Made by a program: the position numbers and the translations under genes
Virus record (IMG/VR): IMGVR_UViG_3300043413_000016
Coordinates: 1 to 55,572 of that record
DNA from: a virus
Lineage: Duplodnaviria; Caudoviricetes
Strand: one strand, 5' to 3'
Length of the DNA stretch: 55,572 bases
Part shown: piece by piece, positions 10,086 through 18,020 of the stretch
Layout: each line of letters opens with the position of its first letter
How positions within the stretch are numbered: the stretch's first letter is position 1
The notes under the pieces: generated by a model
Databases searched by the model: none
The model's input: the letters and a program-made list of their open reading frames with translations, nothing else
What the model was told of the DNA's origin: nothing

Positions 10086-11399
10086 ATGAACACCGAAGTG
10101 ATCGACCGGCCCACCGTGGCCGAACAAACCCCCAGCGCCATCGCCACCAGCATCACCACGGTGCAAGGCGAAGTTGCCAAGTTCGACCAGATTGCAGCCG
10201 GCCTGGCCGCCATCGAAGCTGCACACCCGAAGAACGTGATCGTTGCCGCCATCGACACCCCGGCCGGGATGAGGCTGGCCGAGGCATCTTGGCGCGCGTA
10301 CCGCAACCCGCGCCTGGAGGTGGAGAAAGCCCGCAAGGCAGCCAAGGCCCCGGTGCTGGCGCTGGGCAAAGCCATCGACAGCTTTGCCGCCGACCTGGAG
10401 GCGAAACTGCTGGCCGGTGAAGAGCACTACAAGGCCCAGATCACCGCCGAGGAAGCCCGCCGCGAAGCCGTGAAGGCCGAAGCCGCGCGCAAGGAGGCCG
10501 AGCGCCTGGCCGGCCTGCGCCAAGAGGTTGACGTTATCCTGGCCGGCTGGCTTGACCGATGCACGACCCAGGGCATGACCGCCGACCGCGTGGCTGCTGG
10601 CATCACAGCCCTGACCGCCGCCGCCATGCCTGCCGACCGTGGTTTTCAGGACGTGGCCGCCCACTGGGGCAGCGCAAAGCTGTTGACCTTGGGCAAGATG
10701 GAGCGCATCCGCCTTGACTTGGAACGCGCCGAACTGCAGGCCCAGCGCGAAGAACAGGCGCGTCAGGACGCCGAGCGCGCCGCACAGCAGGCTGCTGAAC
10801 TGAAGAAAGCCCGCGATGAAGCCGCCCGGCTCACAAGCCTGAGCCGGCGCATCAGCGAAATCCACGCTGCCGCCACTGGCCACGAACGGGCCAGCGCCTG
10901 GGACTTGTTCGAGGCCATCACCGCCGTGGAGGCCCTGGACGTGAGCGAAAGCACCTATCAGGAATTCGCAGCTGCTGCCCAGGCCGCGCAGGCATCGACC
11001 CTGGCGGCACTGCGGGCGAAGCACAGCGCCGCCATGGCGCGCGAGGACGAGCGGGCGAAAGCCTTGCAGCAAGTCAGCCAGGACGCCGACGCACAGGTGC
11101 AGGCCGCCTGTGGCATCCCCGCGCCGCTGCTGCAAGACGCATCACGGGGCCTGTTTGATGCCTTGGCCAGCAAGCCCGACGCCATGATGCACGCACGCGA
11201 GGCTGCGGCTGCCATCGCCGCATCGCAGCCCGAGCCCACTGCGCCAGTTGCCGATGACAACTACTCAGAGCGGCACACGCTGGCCCTGTGCCGCGAAGCC
11301 CTGGAGATGCTCGCCCCCGAAGGTGACTGCAGCCTCTGGAGCGATGCGCATACAGCAGCCTTGCGCACGGCCGTTGACTGCTTTGAAGCGACAATCTAG
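10086..11399 (+). CDS. coiled-coil phage protein
   Basis: Long Ala/Glu/Arg-rich helical ORF from ATG 10086. Confidence 0.8.
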   Translation: MNTEVIDRPTVAEQTPSAIATSITTVQGEVAKFDQIAAGLAAIEAAHPKNVIVAAIDTPAGMRLAEASWRAYRNPRLEVEKARKAAKAPVLALGKAIDSFAADLEAKLLAGEEHYKAQITAEEARREAVKAEAARKEAERLAGLRQEVDVILAGWLDRCTTQGMTADRVAAGITALTAAAMPADRGFQDVAAHWGSAKLLTLGKMERIRLDLERAELQAQREEQARQDAERAAQQAAELKKARDEAARLTSLSRRISEIHAAATGHERASAWDLFEAITAVEALDVSESTYQEFAAAAQAAQASTLAALRAKHSAAMAREDERAKALQQVSQDADAQVQAACGIPAPLLQDASRGLFDALASKPDAMMHAREAAAAIAASQPEPTAPVADDNYSERHTLALCREALEMLAPEGDCSLWSDAHTAALRTAVDCFEATI

Positions 11400-11406
11400 C
11401 CACAAC

Positions 11407-12117
11407 ATGACCCTGATTCGCAAACCAAAACCCGACGGCCGCAAGAGCGGCGCGTACATCGGATACGGCGCAATGGCCCAGCTGCTGGTTGTGCTGAAGG
11501 AACCGCAGACGGCAATCAGCGCAGCCGAAATCACTGGGGTCCACCCGTTGGCGCTGAAGCCGCTGTTCAAGCAGTTCATGGCCCTCAATCTGCTGGATAG
11601 AGTTGGATGGAACGGCTCAAAGCGCGGTTTCGCCTCCCCAATCTATCGCATTGGAACGGGCCAGCGCTACCCCGCGCCGATCATGCGCAACGGCCAGCCG
11701 CAGACGCACGCCGATCACATGCCGCCACTGCGCCCGCGCGTTGTGGCATTCGCCAGCATCGTGCACGCCTTGCAACAGGGCCCCTCGCCGATCTCCGAGA
11801 TATGCCATCAGTCAGGCGTGCAGGAGTCAAACCTGCGCCCGGCCATGCGAGCACTGCACAAGGGCCGGCTGATCTACAGGGCGGCATATGAGCGCCTGAC
11901 GCCTCGTGCATCAATATCGACCCTTTGGGCCTGGGGCTCTGGTCCAGACGCCAAGAGGCCGCCAAAAAAGGCCAGGGTCTACGTCACTGCCGCCACAACA
12001 AAAGCGCCACGGAGTTCGTGGACTGTGGCGGTGGCGGCCCTGAAGCGACAAGCCGGGATCGCGCGGCCTTCGTGCCGAGAGATCGCACAGCAACCTGGCG
12101 CAGAGATGCAGCCATGA
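11407..12117 (+). CDS. tandem winged-HTH protein
   Basis: Two wHTH-like segments (TAISAAEITGV...; PISEICHQSGV...LHKGRLI). Confidence 0.6.
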   Translation: MTLIRKPKPDGRKSGAYIGYGAMAQLLVVLKEPQTAISAAEITGVHPLALKPLFKQFMALNLLDRVGWNGSKRGFASPIYRIGTGQRYPAPIMRNGQPQTHADHMPPLRPRVVAFASIVHALQQGPSPISEICHQSGVQESNLRPAMRALHKGRLIYRAAYERLTPRASISTLWAWGSGPDAKRPPKKARVYVTAATTKAPRSSWTVAVAALKRQAGIARPSCREIAQQPGAEMQP

Positions 12118-12368
12118 GCAGAGACTGCGAACACGGACAGCTTGCCAGGAGCTGCGACCGCTGCGCAGACGCGGCAGAGATCGCAGATTTACACCAGCAA
12201 CTGGCCGCAGAGCGCAAGCGGTGCTCGAAGCTGCGCCGCCTGCTGCAAGAAGCCGACGTCTTGTTTACACCGCTGTGCAAAGACGCCACTGCGTGGAACT
12301 GGTTGGATGAGGCGCGGGCCTCTTGCAGAGATGTCGCGCGACAGCCTCACGTAGAGATGCAGCCATGA
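12114..12368 (+). CDS. hypothetical protein (CEHG..RSC..C motif)
   Basis: ATGA overlaps at both ends. Confidence 0.75.
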   Translation: MSRDCEHGQLARSCDRCADAAEIADLHQQLAAERKRCSKLRRLLQEADVLFTPLCKDATAWNWLDEARASCRDVARQPHVEMQP

Positions 12369-12613
12369 ACATGCAGCAGCTTCGGCGCCGACAGGCAGCA
12401 CGCCAGCTTGAACACTCGCGCATCTGGGCGCCTGACCGCTTCGACGTGCGCTACAGCGACCGAGACGAGGAAGACAACTACTTCCACGACGACGATGGCG
12501 AGGTGCGCAACGTGACTTGCAAGCACTGCCACGGTACGGGCGGCGACCCGTGGAACGACGGCATCTTGCCGTGCGAGCACTGCGACGGCGAAGGCTACGA
12601 GTGGTGGAAGTGA
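12365..12613 (+). CDS. DnaJ-type zinc-finger protein
   Basis: CKHCHGTG...CEHCDGEG. Confidence 0.75.
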   Translation: MNMQQLRRRQAARQLEHSRIWAPDRFDVRYSDRDEEDNYFHDDDGEVRNVTCKHCHGTGGDPWNDGILPCEHCDGEGYEWWK

Positions 12614-12620
12614 ACCTGAA

Positions 12621-12724
12621 GCCGAACGTGGTGGTAACGCGGGCCCAAAAGCGCGAGCCACTGCCGGAATGACCAGCGAGAGCGAGGCCCGCTTTTGGGG
12701 CTCGCGTTGACCAACCTGTTCGGC
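12621..12724 (-). mobile_element. attC-like recombination site 1
   Basis: GCCGAAC...GTTCGGC ends; arms GGT-AACGCG / CGCGTTGACC with the extra base in the right arm. Confidence 0.85.
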
Positions 12725-12746
12725 CTGGTGCCGAAGCGAAAGGGCG

Positions 12747-13022
12747 ATGAAAATGACGATGGAAGAAGCGCTTCAGATCATGAAAGGCCAGTCAAATGGG
12801 TTTATGGTCTCTTTTGAACGCAGAGATAGTTATGCTCTGGTGAGTGACCACTTTCCGGACGTGAAAAGCGGAGAGCCTGCAATTGAGACCGAGGAAGAAG
12901 CATGGCGGATGGCGAGGCAGTTTGCTGCCAAGACTCAGGGCCGCTGCTTAAACGTGCGCGTTATCCATAGCGATTACTCGCCAGTTTCCAGCAGCATCAA
13001 TCGGGTGATTAAGAACCGATAG
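12747..13022 (+). CDS. cassette hypothetical protein
   Basis: Single ORF between attC1 and attC2, lower GC by eye. Confidence 0.8.
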   Translation: MKMTMEEALQIMKGQSNGFMVSFERRDSYALVSDHFPDVKSGEPAIETEEEAWRMARQFAAKTQGRCLNVRVIHSDYSPVSSSINRVIKNR

Positions 13023-13024
13023 AT

Positions 13025-13093
13025 GCCGAACGCAGAGTTGTGCGGCTCGCCGAAGCGCAGCGTAGGCGAGTCCGAACGAACGCCGGGTTATGC
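13025..13093 (-). mobile_element. attC-like recombination site 2
   Basis: GCCGAAC...GTTATGC; the minus strand reads GCATAAC-CCGGC-GTTCGTTCGGACTCGCC with extra C and A. Confidence 0.85.
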
Positions 13094-13117
13094 CGCTGAT
13101 GGAAACGGAGAACGGGA

Positions 13118-13480
13118 ATGACGGAGGACTACAAGAGCATGTTTGAACAGGCCGTGCGCACGCTGGCCGCGATTGATGATGCACTCGGGATCGGTGGCGA
13201 CGGATGCGGCGACCCTGACCAGACGCTAACCGCGATTGAGGAATTGAAGGCGGCAAAAGTCGTCGCTGGCAGGACGGCGACAGTAACCCGAGAAATGATA
13301 GGCGCAGCGCATGACGTGATGCTGGCGAAAGGCGACTTTGTTCTTTCCGCCAACCTGCTTGAGCGCATTTACGTGGCGATGGATCAGGCAGCGCCGCCAC
13401 CACAAACGCCGTTTGATACTTGCCCGACGTGTGAGGCGCTGGCCCGCACGGTGATGATGGATCAGACGGGTGCGGCATAA
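13118..13480 (+). CDS. cassette hypothetical protein
   Basis: GGAG RBS; stop TAA lies inside GCATAAC. Confidence 0.8.
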   Translation: MTEDYKSMFEQAVRTLAAIDDALGIGGDGCGDPDQTLTAIEELKAAKVVAGRTATVTREMIGAAHDVMLAKGDFVLSANLLERIYVAMDQAAPPPQTPFDTCPTCEALARTVMMDQTGAA

Positions 13481-13568
13481 CGTAGAGGTAACCGGGTGAC
13501 GCCCGAAGAAAGGTTCGATATGCAGACGACGGATGCCAGCGGCACTCCGGTTGACCGCCATGTTAGGC
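13475..13568 (-). mobile_element. attC-like recombination site 3
   Basis: GCATAAC...GTTAGGC; GGT-AACCGG-GTG pairs with CACTCCGGTTGACC. Confidence 0.88.
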
Positions 13569-13879
13569 CACTGCGGCCATACATGTGCTGGTGTGGCGAC
13601 CCTGCAGACGGGGCCGTGCTGGCTTGGGCGCACACCGCGCAGGATGCCCGCAAGCTGGCGTATCCGGCCATTGCAGACTGGACGGATGCGGGCTTCACCG
13701 ACGTGCGCGCCAGGCTGCTGAAGGCCCACCCGGCGTACTACGAGACGCTGAAACTGAAGGACGGCCCGCACGTCAACGACTGCCCGCCGGTGTGCCCGCG
13801 CTGTGAGCAATGGGGCCAGCCGCTACTGCGTAATGGCTACGGCTGCATGCACTGCGGCGATGATGAACCTGTGGCCTAA
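13496..13879 (+). CDS. cassette zinc-finger protein; start lies inside attC3 (GTG 13496 or ATG 13520)
   Basis: CPRC...CMHC; stop TAA inside GCCTAAC. Confidence 0.8.
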   Translation: MTPEERFDMQTTDASGTPVDRHVRPLRPYMCWCGDPADGAVLAWAHTAQDARKLAYPAIADWTDAGFTDVRARLLKAHPAYYETLKLKDGPHVNDCPPVCPRCEQWGQPLLRNGYGCMHCGDDEPVA

Positions 13880-13977
13880 CGTGGGGGCTAAGGCGACCAC
13901 GGCGGCGCAGATAAACAACCCGGAGCGGCGCGCAACCTGTCCGCCGCTGTGGGTCGCCCTTGAGCGACAGGTTAGGC
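13874..13977 (-). mobile_element. attC-like recombination site 4
   Basis: GCCTAAC...GTTAGGC; GCT-AAGG-CGACC pairs with GGTCGCCCTTGAGC. Confidence 0.88.
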
Positions 13978-14003
13978 CACGCTGTGGCCGGAGCGAGAAA
14001 ACG

Positions 14004-14222
14004 ATGGAACACCCGACAACCGCTAAAAACGTGGCGTTCTGGGCACAACTGGTGCTTGCGAACGTGTGGCTGGCGTCGGAGGTCAGATGGTTGGCGCTGC
14101 CGTATATCTTGATGGCGCTGGCGATTCGCCTGCCGCACTGGCTGCGCGCATGGAAGCGGCGCCGCCCAAACCGAGGCTCCAAGACACGATTCTTACCTCC
14201 TTGGAGGCGGGGAAGACCGTGA
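14004..14222 (+). CDS. cassette small membrane protein
   Basis: Two hydrophobic segments after ATG 14004. Confidence 0.6.
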   Translation: MEHPTTAKNVAFWAQLVLANVWLASEVRWLALPYILMALAIRLPHWLRAWKRRRPNRGSKTRFLPPWRRGRP

Positions 14223-14404
14223 CTGTTGGGGAAGTCTGTTCGCTACTTGATGAGAAGGGAATCCACGCCAAACGGGATGTTGTGTACGCGACACTTTTCC
14301 GCCTAGCTGGTTTTGGTTTACTCACTAAGGTTAGCCCTGGTGTATACCTCAGACCGCACGAAAAGCAGCAGCCCATCTTGCCGCCAGATGAGACTGGGGA
14401 ATAG
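14150..14404 (+). CDS. winged-HTH protein or fragment
   Basis: TVGEVCSLL...VYATLFRL...LLTKVSPGVY; low-GC patch; start uncertain. Confidence 0.5.
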   Translation: MEAAPPKPRLQDTILTSLEAGKTVTVGEVCSLLDEKGIHAKRDVVYATLFRLAGFGLLTKVSPGVYLRPHEKQQPILPPDETGE

Positions 14405-14696
14405 CTTTGACTTCGAGAAAAGGCGAACGGCCCACAGGTTCGTACCCTGTGAGCCGTTCTTTTGTTCAACCAATGCCGCGAGAGCAGCGCAGGTCGAGCG
14501 CACCAATCGACCGGAAAGGAAGATCGAGTGCCTAGCAACCACCGCAGGTTCATAACGTAGCGGCGGCGCCAGTGCTCGCATAGTAACTTCGGCGGGCTTG
14601 CCTGTCGAGGAAAAAGTGCGCCGTACTGGTGCTGCCTTGCCACGTCTCAGCCCCTGGCCGAAACCGGCTGGGCCCTGGTGGCCGGAGAGGAAACCG

Positions 14697-14858
14697 ATGA
14701 CGATCACGTTTCAAGGACACGTCGAAGCGCTGGAGGCGGCGGCGCCGTCCCAGGTGGTGGTGAAGCTGCGCACGCCGATTGAACCGGCAGGCGGGCACCA
14801 GATGACGCTTCGCCTTCCGGCGCCTAACGACGAAGCTCAGCCGACAAGGAGGCCATGA
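14697..14858 (+). CDS. short hypothetical protein ending inside attC5
   Basis: GAGAGG RBS; stop overlaps the next ATG. Confidence 0.55.
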   Translation: MTITFQGHVEALEAAAPSQVVVKLRTPIEPAGGHQMTLRLPAPNDEAQPTRRP

Positions 14859-14921
14859 CCATGCACGAACACGAGACACCGCAGCTAGCCGACGCAGGTC
14901 GGCTGGAGCGCCCTGATGGGC
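14822..14921 (-). mobile_element. attC-like recombination site 5 (degenerate inverse core)
   Basis: GCCTAAC...GATGGGC; GCTC-AGCCGAC pairs with GTCGGCTGGAGC. Confidence 0.75.
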
Positions 14922-15196
14922 GGCTGATGGAACAGCGCGCAGCATTTGAGGCATGGCTGAACCCAGGCGGCCACGCGGGCAATGTCTCGCCGTGGGTCGA
15001 ACCCGGCCGCTACGAAAAGGACACGCACCAGCTTGCTTGGCTGGCGTGGCAGCGATGGGAAGATGCGCTGCGGCAGACGTGGCAGATGGTGGACCCGCTG
15101 AAGCCGGCCGGGCAGCCGGGCAGCTACTGGCGCGGCCAGGATGCAGGTATCACCGACGCCTTGACCGCGCTGCGGGCGAACCTCAAGACCGTGTAG
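14855..15196 (+). CDS. cassette hypothetical protein; RBS and ATG inside the attC5 loop
   Basis: AAGGAGG at 14846-14852; RAAFEAW...AWLAWQ motif. Confidence 0.8.
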   Translation: MTMHEHETPQLADAGRLERPDGRLMEQRAAFEAWLNPGGHAGNVSPWVEPGRYEKDTHQLAWLAWQRWEDALRQTWQMVDPLKPAGQPGSYWRGQDAGITDALTALRANLKTV

Positions 15197-15226
15197 AAAC
15201 CAAGTGATTTAACAATAGGATTTGAC

Positions 15227-15487
15227 ATGAACGAAACTCCAGTTCAAAAGGTCGCCCGCTACGTTGCTGAATTTGATTACGAAACAGCTAGGGCACTTCA
15301 GATCGTGGGCGACCGTGTTGCATGGCGTGGGCTTACGAAAGATGAGATCTTGGCAATCTGGAACTTTGGATTTGTTGCGACCATGGAGATGAGGGCGGAT
15401 GTTCGCTTGAAGATTGATTCGCTGCCGACTAAGACGCCTAACGTGGTGGTAACGCGGACCCAAAAGCGCGACGAGGCGCCCGAGTAA
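15227..15487 (+). CDS. hypothetical protein ending in the attC6 loop
   Basis: AGGA RBS; C-terminus PNVVVTRTQKR encoded by the attC arm. Confidence 0.75.
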   Translation: MNETPVQKVARYVAEFDYETARALQIVGDRVAWRGLTKDEILAIWNFGFVATMEMRADVRLKIDSLPTKTPNVVVTRTQKRDEAPE

Positions 15488-15538
15488 CGCCGCCAAAGCT
15501 GGCCCGCTTTTGGGGCTCGCGTTGACCTGATGTTGGGC
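15436..15538 (-). mobile_element. attC-like recombination site 6
   Basis: GCCTAAC...GTTGGGC; arms nearly identical to attC1. Confidence 0.88.
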
Positions 15539-15808
15539 CTGTTGGCAAAGGAGCAGAAATTGGAAAAGTTCGCAGCCTTGAAGAAGGCAAAACTGGATGA
15601 ACCGCACTTCCCGAACGACTATTGGGGCAACAAAAACCCGCGTTGCCCACACTGCGGCACTGAATGCGAAGTCAGCGACAACGACTGGTGGCAACTGTAC
15701 GAAGAAGGCGAGCACGAAGTTTCGTGCCCGCACTGCGACGGCGATTTCACAGTCAGCACGAAAGTTAGCTTCAGCTTCAGCACTGATGAGCAGGACGAAG
15801 ACGATTAG
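15530..15808 (+). CDS. cassette zinc-ribbon protein (start possibly TTG 15560)
   Basis: CPHCG...CPHCD; AAGGAG before 15560. Confidence 0.8.
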   Translation: MLGLLAKEQKLEKFAALKKAKLDEPHFPNDYWGNKNPRCPHCGTECEVSDNDWWQLYEEGEHEVSCPHCDGDFTVSTKVSFSFSTDEQDEDD

Positions 15809-15859
15809 GCCCAACGTGCTATAGGCGACTTGCCACGCTAATTTGCACAAAGTTTAAGC

Positions 15860-16270
15860 ATGCTGCGATTCGGACGGAAGAAACCACAGCGCGACCCCCG
15901 CGCGATGTCAAGAGCCCGCGATGCAACTGCGGCGGCGCTGACTGCTGCGGGTGTTGAGCAGCGCGAAGACGCGGACCAACGCACTGCCTGGCCAGTGATG
16001 TGCGACTTCCCGGGCGTGCGGATTTGCTGGACAGCAACGCCGCGCCGTCGCTACATCACGTATCGGGTGACAGATGACGAAACAGGCAAGCTGGTGATGG
16101 TTGGCACGCCAAAAGCGATCTATGCAGAGGTGGCAAAGCGGCTGCCAGAGGTGCGCCGGCCGCCCAGCAAAGACATGCAGCACTACAGCGCACGCGACGA
16201 AGCAGACGCCGCAGCGGCGCAGCTAGCGCCTGCGCAGCTGAATTATCCAGAAATATCCTGGAAACGATAA
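15860..16270 (+). CDS. hypothetical protein, last rightward gene
   Basis: ORF converging on the lysis genes. Confidence 0.6.
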   Translation: MLRFGRKKPQRDPRAMSRARDATAAALTAAGVEQREDADQRTAWPVMCDFPGVRICWTATPRRRYITYRVTDDETGKLVMVGTPKAIYAEVAKRLPEVRRPPSKDMQHYSARDEADAAAAQLAPAQLNYPEISWKR

Positions 16271-16330
16271 AACGATAACTCGCCAAATTTTTGTATATTT
16301 CTTTGGCGGTGCGGCATGCTGAGTAACTGT

Positions 16331-16669
16331 TTATGGCCTGCGCTCAAAGTGGGGTACATCTTTAAAAGACTTCCAGAAGCCGCCCCATGCGTTTTTTGGG
16401 TGCAAGCTCTGCCAATACTCGCCCAGCGGTGTCAGTGTCGGCACGTCGTAGCACAGCCGCCCGTCAACAAACACGTTGAGGTCAATCGCGCAGCGCCGTA
16501 GGTGGTTGCTGTGCAGGGTCTTGCTGCGGCCGGCCCGCACATGAATGGCCTGCTGCTCAGGGGTGCGGTAAAGCTCCCCGCCAGTGACCACGAAACCAAG
16601 TTCATCGGCCTTGTTGAGCAACAGGCACACATGGCGCAGGAATTCGGCTTGTTCTGTTACCAAGCTCAT
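16331..16669 (-). CDS. endolysin, peptidase M15 family
   Basis: RTPEQQ...SNH...AIDL...WGG.W...DVPHFE. Confidence 0.92.
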   Translation of the reverse strand: MSLVTEQAEFLRHVCLLLNKADELGFVVTGGELYRTPEQQAIHVRAGRSKTLHSNHLRRCAIDLNVFVDGRLCYDVPTLTPLGEYWQSLHPKNAWGGFWKSFKDVPHFERRP

Positions 16670-17214
16670 TGTTTGCCACCAAGGGCCGCGATAGTCGCGT
16701 CTTTGGACTGACTGCTGCGGCTGCTGCCCCGGTGCCATTGCAGCACGGTTCCACACAGGGCCATCAGCGCACCCCACACCGCAAAAGCCTGCTCACGGTT
16801 CTGTTCTGGAATGGCAGTAAACATGATCGCTGCGCTCATTGCCAAGGCTGCAAAAATGACGATGAAGTCAATCACATAGCCCGTGTTCTTTGCCAGCCAG
16901 GATGAATTCCCAGACTCTTGAATGCGCGCGTTTGCAGAACGAGAATCTGCAACGTCCGCCAGCTCCGCCTTTTTGGCGTCAAACCACTGCTGGCGCTTTG
17001 CAAGCACAAACGCGTGCAGGTCGTCTTCTCGCTCAGCCTGTAGCTGCTGAAGCCTAATTCTTCCCTCTTCGCTGCCCAGGCTCTGCTCAATATCAACGCC
17101 CAGCTTTTCTTCGATTGCCGCTTTGCCTTTTGCAAGCACCGCGCTGCCAAGCAGGCCCAAGCCTTCGGCCGCCAGCTTTGACGCCAGGCCCTTCAGTGCG
17201 ATGGCGGCAATCAT
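16666..17214 (-). CDS. holin-like membrane protein
   Basis: Two C-terminal TM helices and GSSRSSQSKD tail; adjacent to the endolysin. Confidence 0.7.
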   Translation of the reverse strand: MIAAIALKGLASKLAAEGLGLLGSAVLAKGKAAIEEKLGVDIEQSLGSEEGRIRLQQLQAEREDDLHAFVLAKRQQWFDAKKAELADVADSRSANARIQESGNSSWLAKNTGYVIDFIVIFAALAMSAAIMFTAIPEQNREQAFAVWGALMALCGTVLQWHRGSSRSSQSKDATIAALGGKQ

Positions 17215-17543
17215 GGTTTTGCCACCGCCGCAGGAACAGGGATGGCCGCCCGTACCGCGTGCAGCGTGATCGCCACCTCGTAGGCAAACGCCAGCACCGC
17301 GATGATAGCCAGCAGGCCAGACGCCGCCTTTGCCAGATTGCCGAGTTGCGTGGTGGGTTTCGCCGCGTGTATTCGCTCGTTGACAAGCCTCACTTGATCG
17401 TCAACATAGTCGCGCGTCGCAAGCCGCGCCACGGCCTGTTGCACACCTTCAACGTTACGGCTAAGTTGCTCAATTTGTGACATTACGTTGCCAAGGTGAA
17501 TGTCCAACTCACCGATGGTTGTTGCTTGCCGACGTTCGATCAT
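17211..17543 (-). CDS. coiled-coil plus single-TM lysis-cassette protein
   Basis: C-terminal TM helix; position in the lysis module. Confidence 0.65.
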   Translation of the reverse strand: MIERRQATTIGELDIHLGNVMSQIEQLSRNVEGVQQAVARLATRDYVDDQVRLVNERIHAAKPTTQLGNLAKAASGLLAIIAVLAFAYEVAITLHAVRAAIPVPAAVAKP

Positions 17544-17572
17544 ATTACCCTAACACTTTGTTACCACGAACA

Positions 17573-17956
17573 CTAAGCACTGGTGGTTTTGTTGGCCGCC
17601 AGCAACCGCCACAGCACAACCGCAACAAACATCACGCCCAAAGCGCCGAGGTCAAAGCCGGCTTTTGCGCTGCAGGTGGCCATGCCATCAGGCACAGGCC
17701 ATGGGTCTGCCAACATCCACGCGCTGCAAAGCGCAACCTGCAGTTCCTCAAACGCAAAGGCCGCGAACACCGGCCACCATCGTGCCTGCCACGCCAACGC
17801 CAGCAGGCCAAGCACACACAAAGCACTGGTCAGCTTCCATGTTTCTCCCTGCAGTTCTGGCGGAACCTTGTCCCAGACGTAGTGCCTGACCATCAGCAGC
17901 AGCGCCAGGACTGCGGGCAGGCTATGGGCGGATCTTTGGTCCACCGCCGCCGCCAC
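17573..17956 (-). CDS. multi-TM membrane protein
   Basis: About four hydrophobic segments. Confidence 0.65.
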   Translation of the reverse strand: MAAAVDQRSAHSLPAVLALLLMVRHYVWDKVPPELQGETWKLTSALCVLGLLALAWQARWWPVFAAFAFEELQVALCSAWMLADPWPVPDGMATCSAKAGFDLGALGVMFVAVVLWRLLAANKTTSA

Positions 17957-18020
17957 CGCGCACAGATTCCGCCATTCTCAGCAACATCTCAGCAATCCTG
18001 GCCCAAATTCGTGCAATCAT
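17922..18020 (-). CDS. 32-aa peptide MIARIWARIAEMLLRMAESVRGGGGGGPKIRP
   Basis: Hand translation; ATG overlaps the stop of 18017-18280. Confidence 0.45.
   Translation of the reverse strand: MIARIWARIAEMLLRMAESVRGGGGGGPKIRP

Noticed and set aside
9987-11135. 382-aa minus-strand ORF
   Set aside because: Antisense shadow of a GC-rich gene.
14550-14556. TCATAAC as another attC end
   Set aside because: No complementary arm or partner core nearby.
12621-15538. CRISPR array or simple terminators
   Set aside because: The repeats are long, non-identical and separated by genes; they lack U tracts and carry attC core and bulge features.
17586-17598. Late-promoter-like GTTTTGTTGGCCG (and a similar one near 22850)
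   Set aside because: Mismatched, with no -10 hexamer at the conserved spacing.
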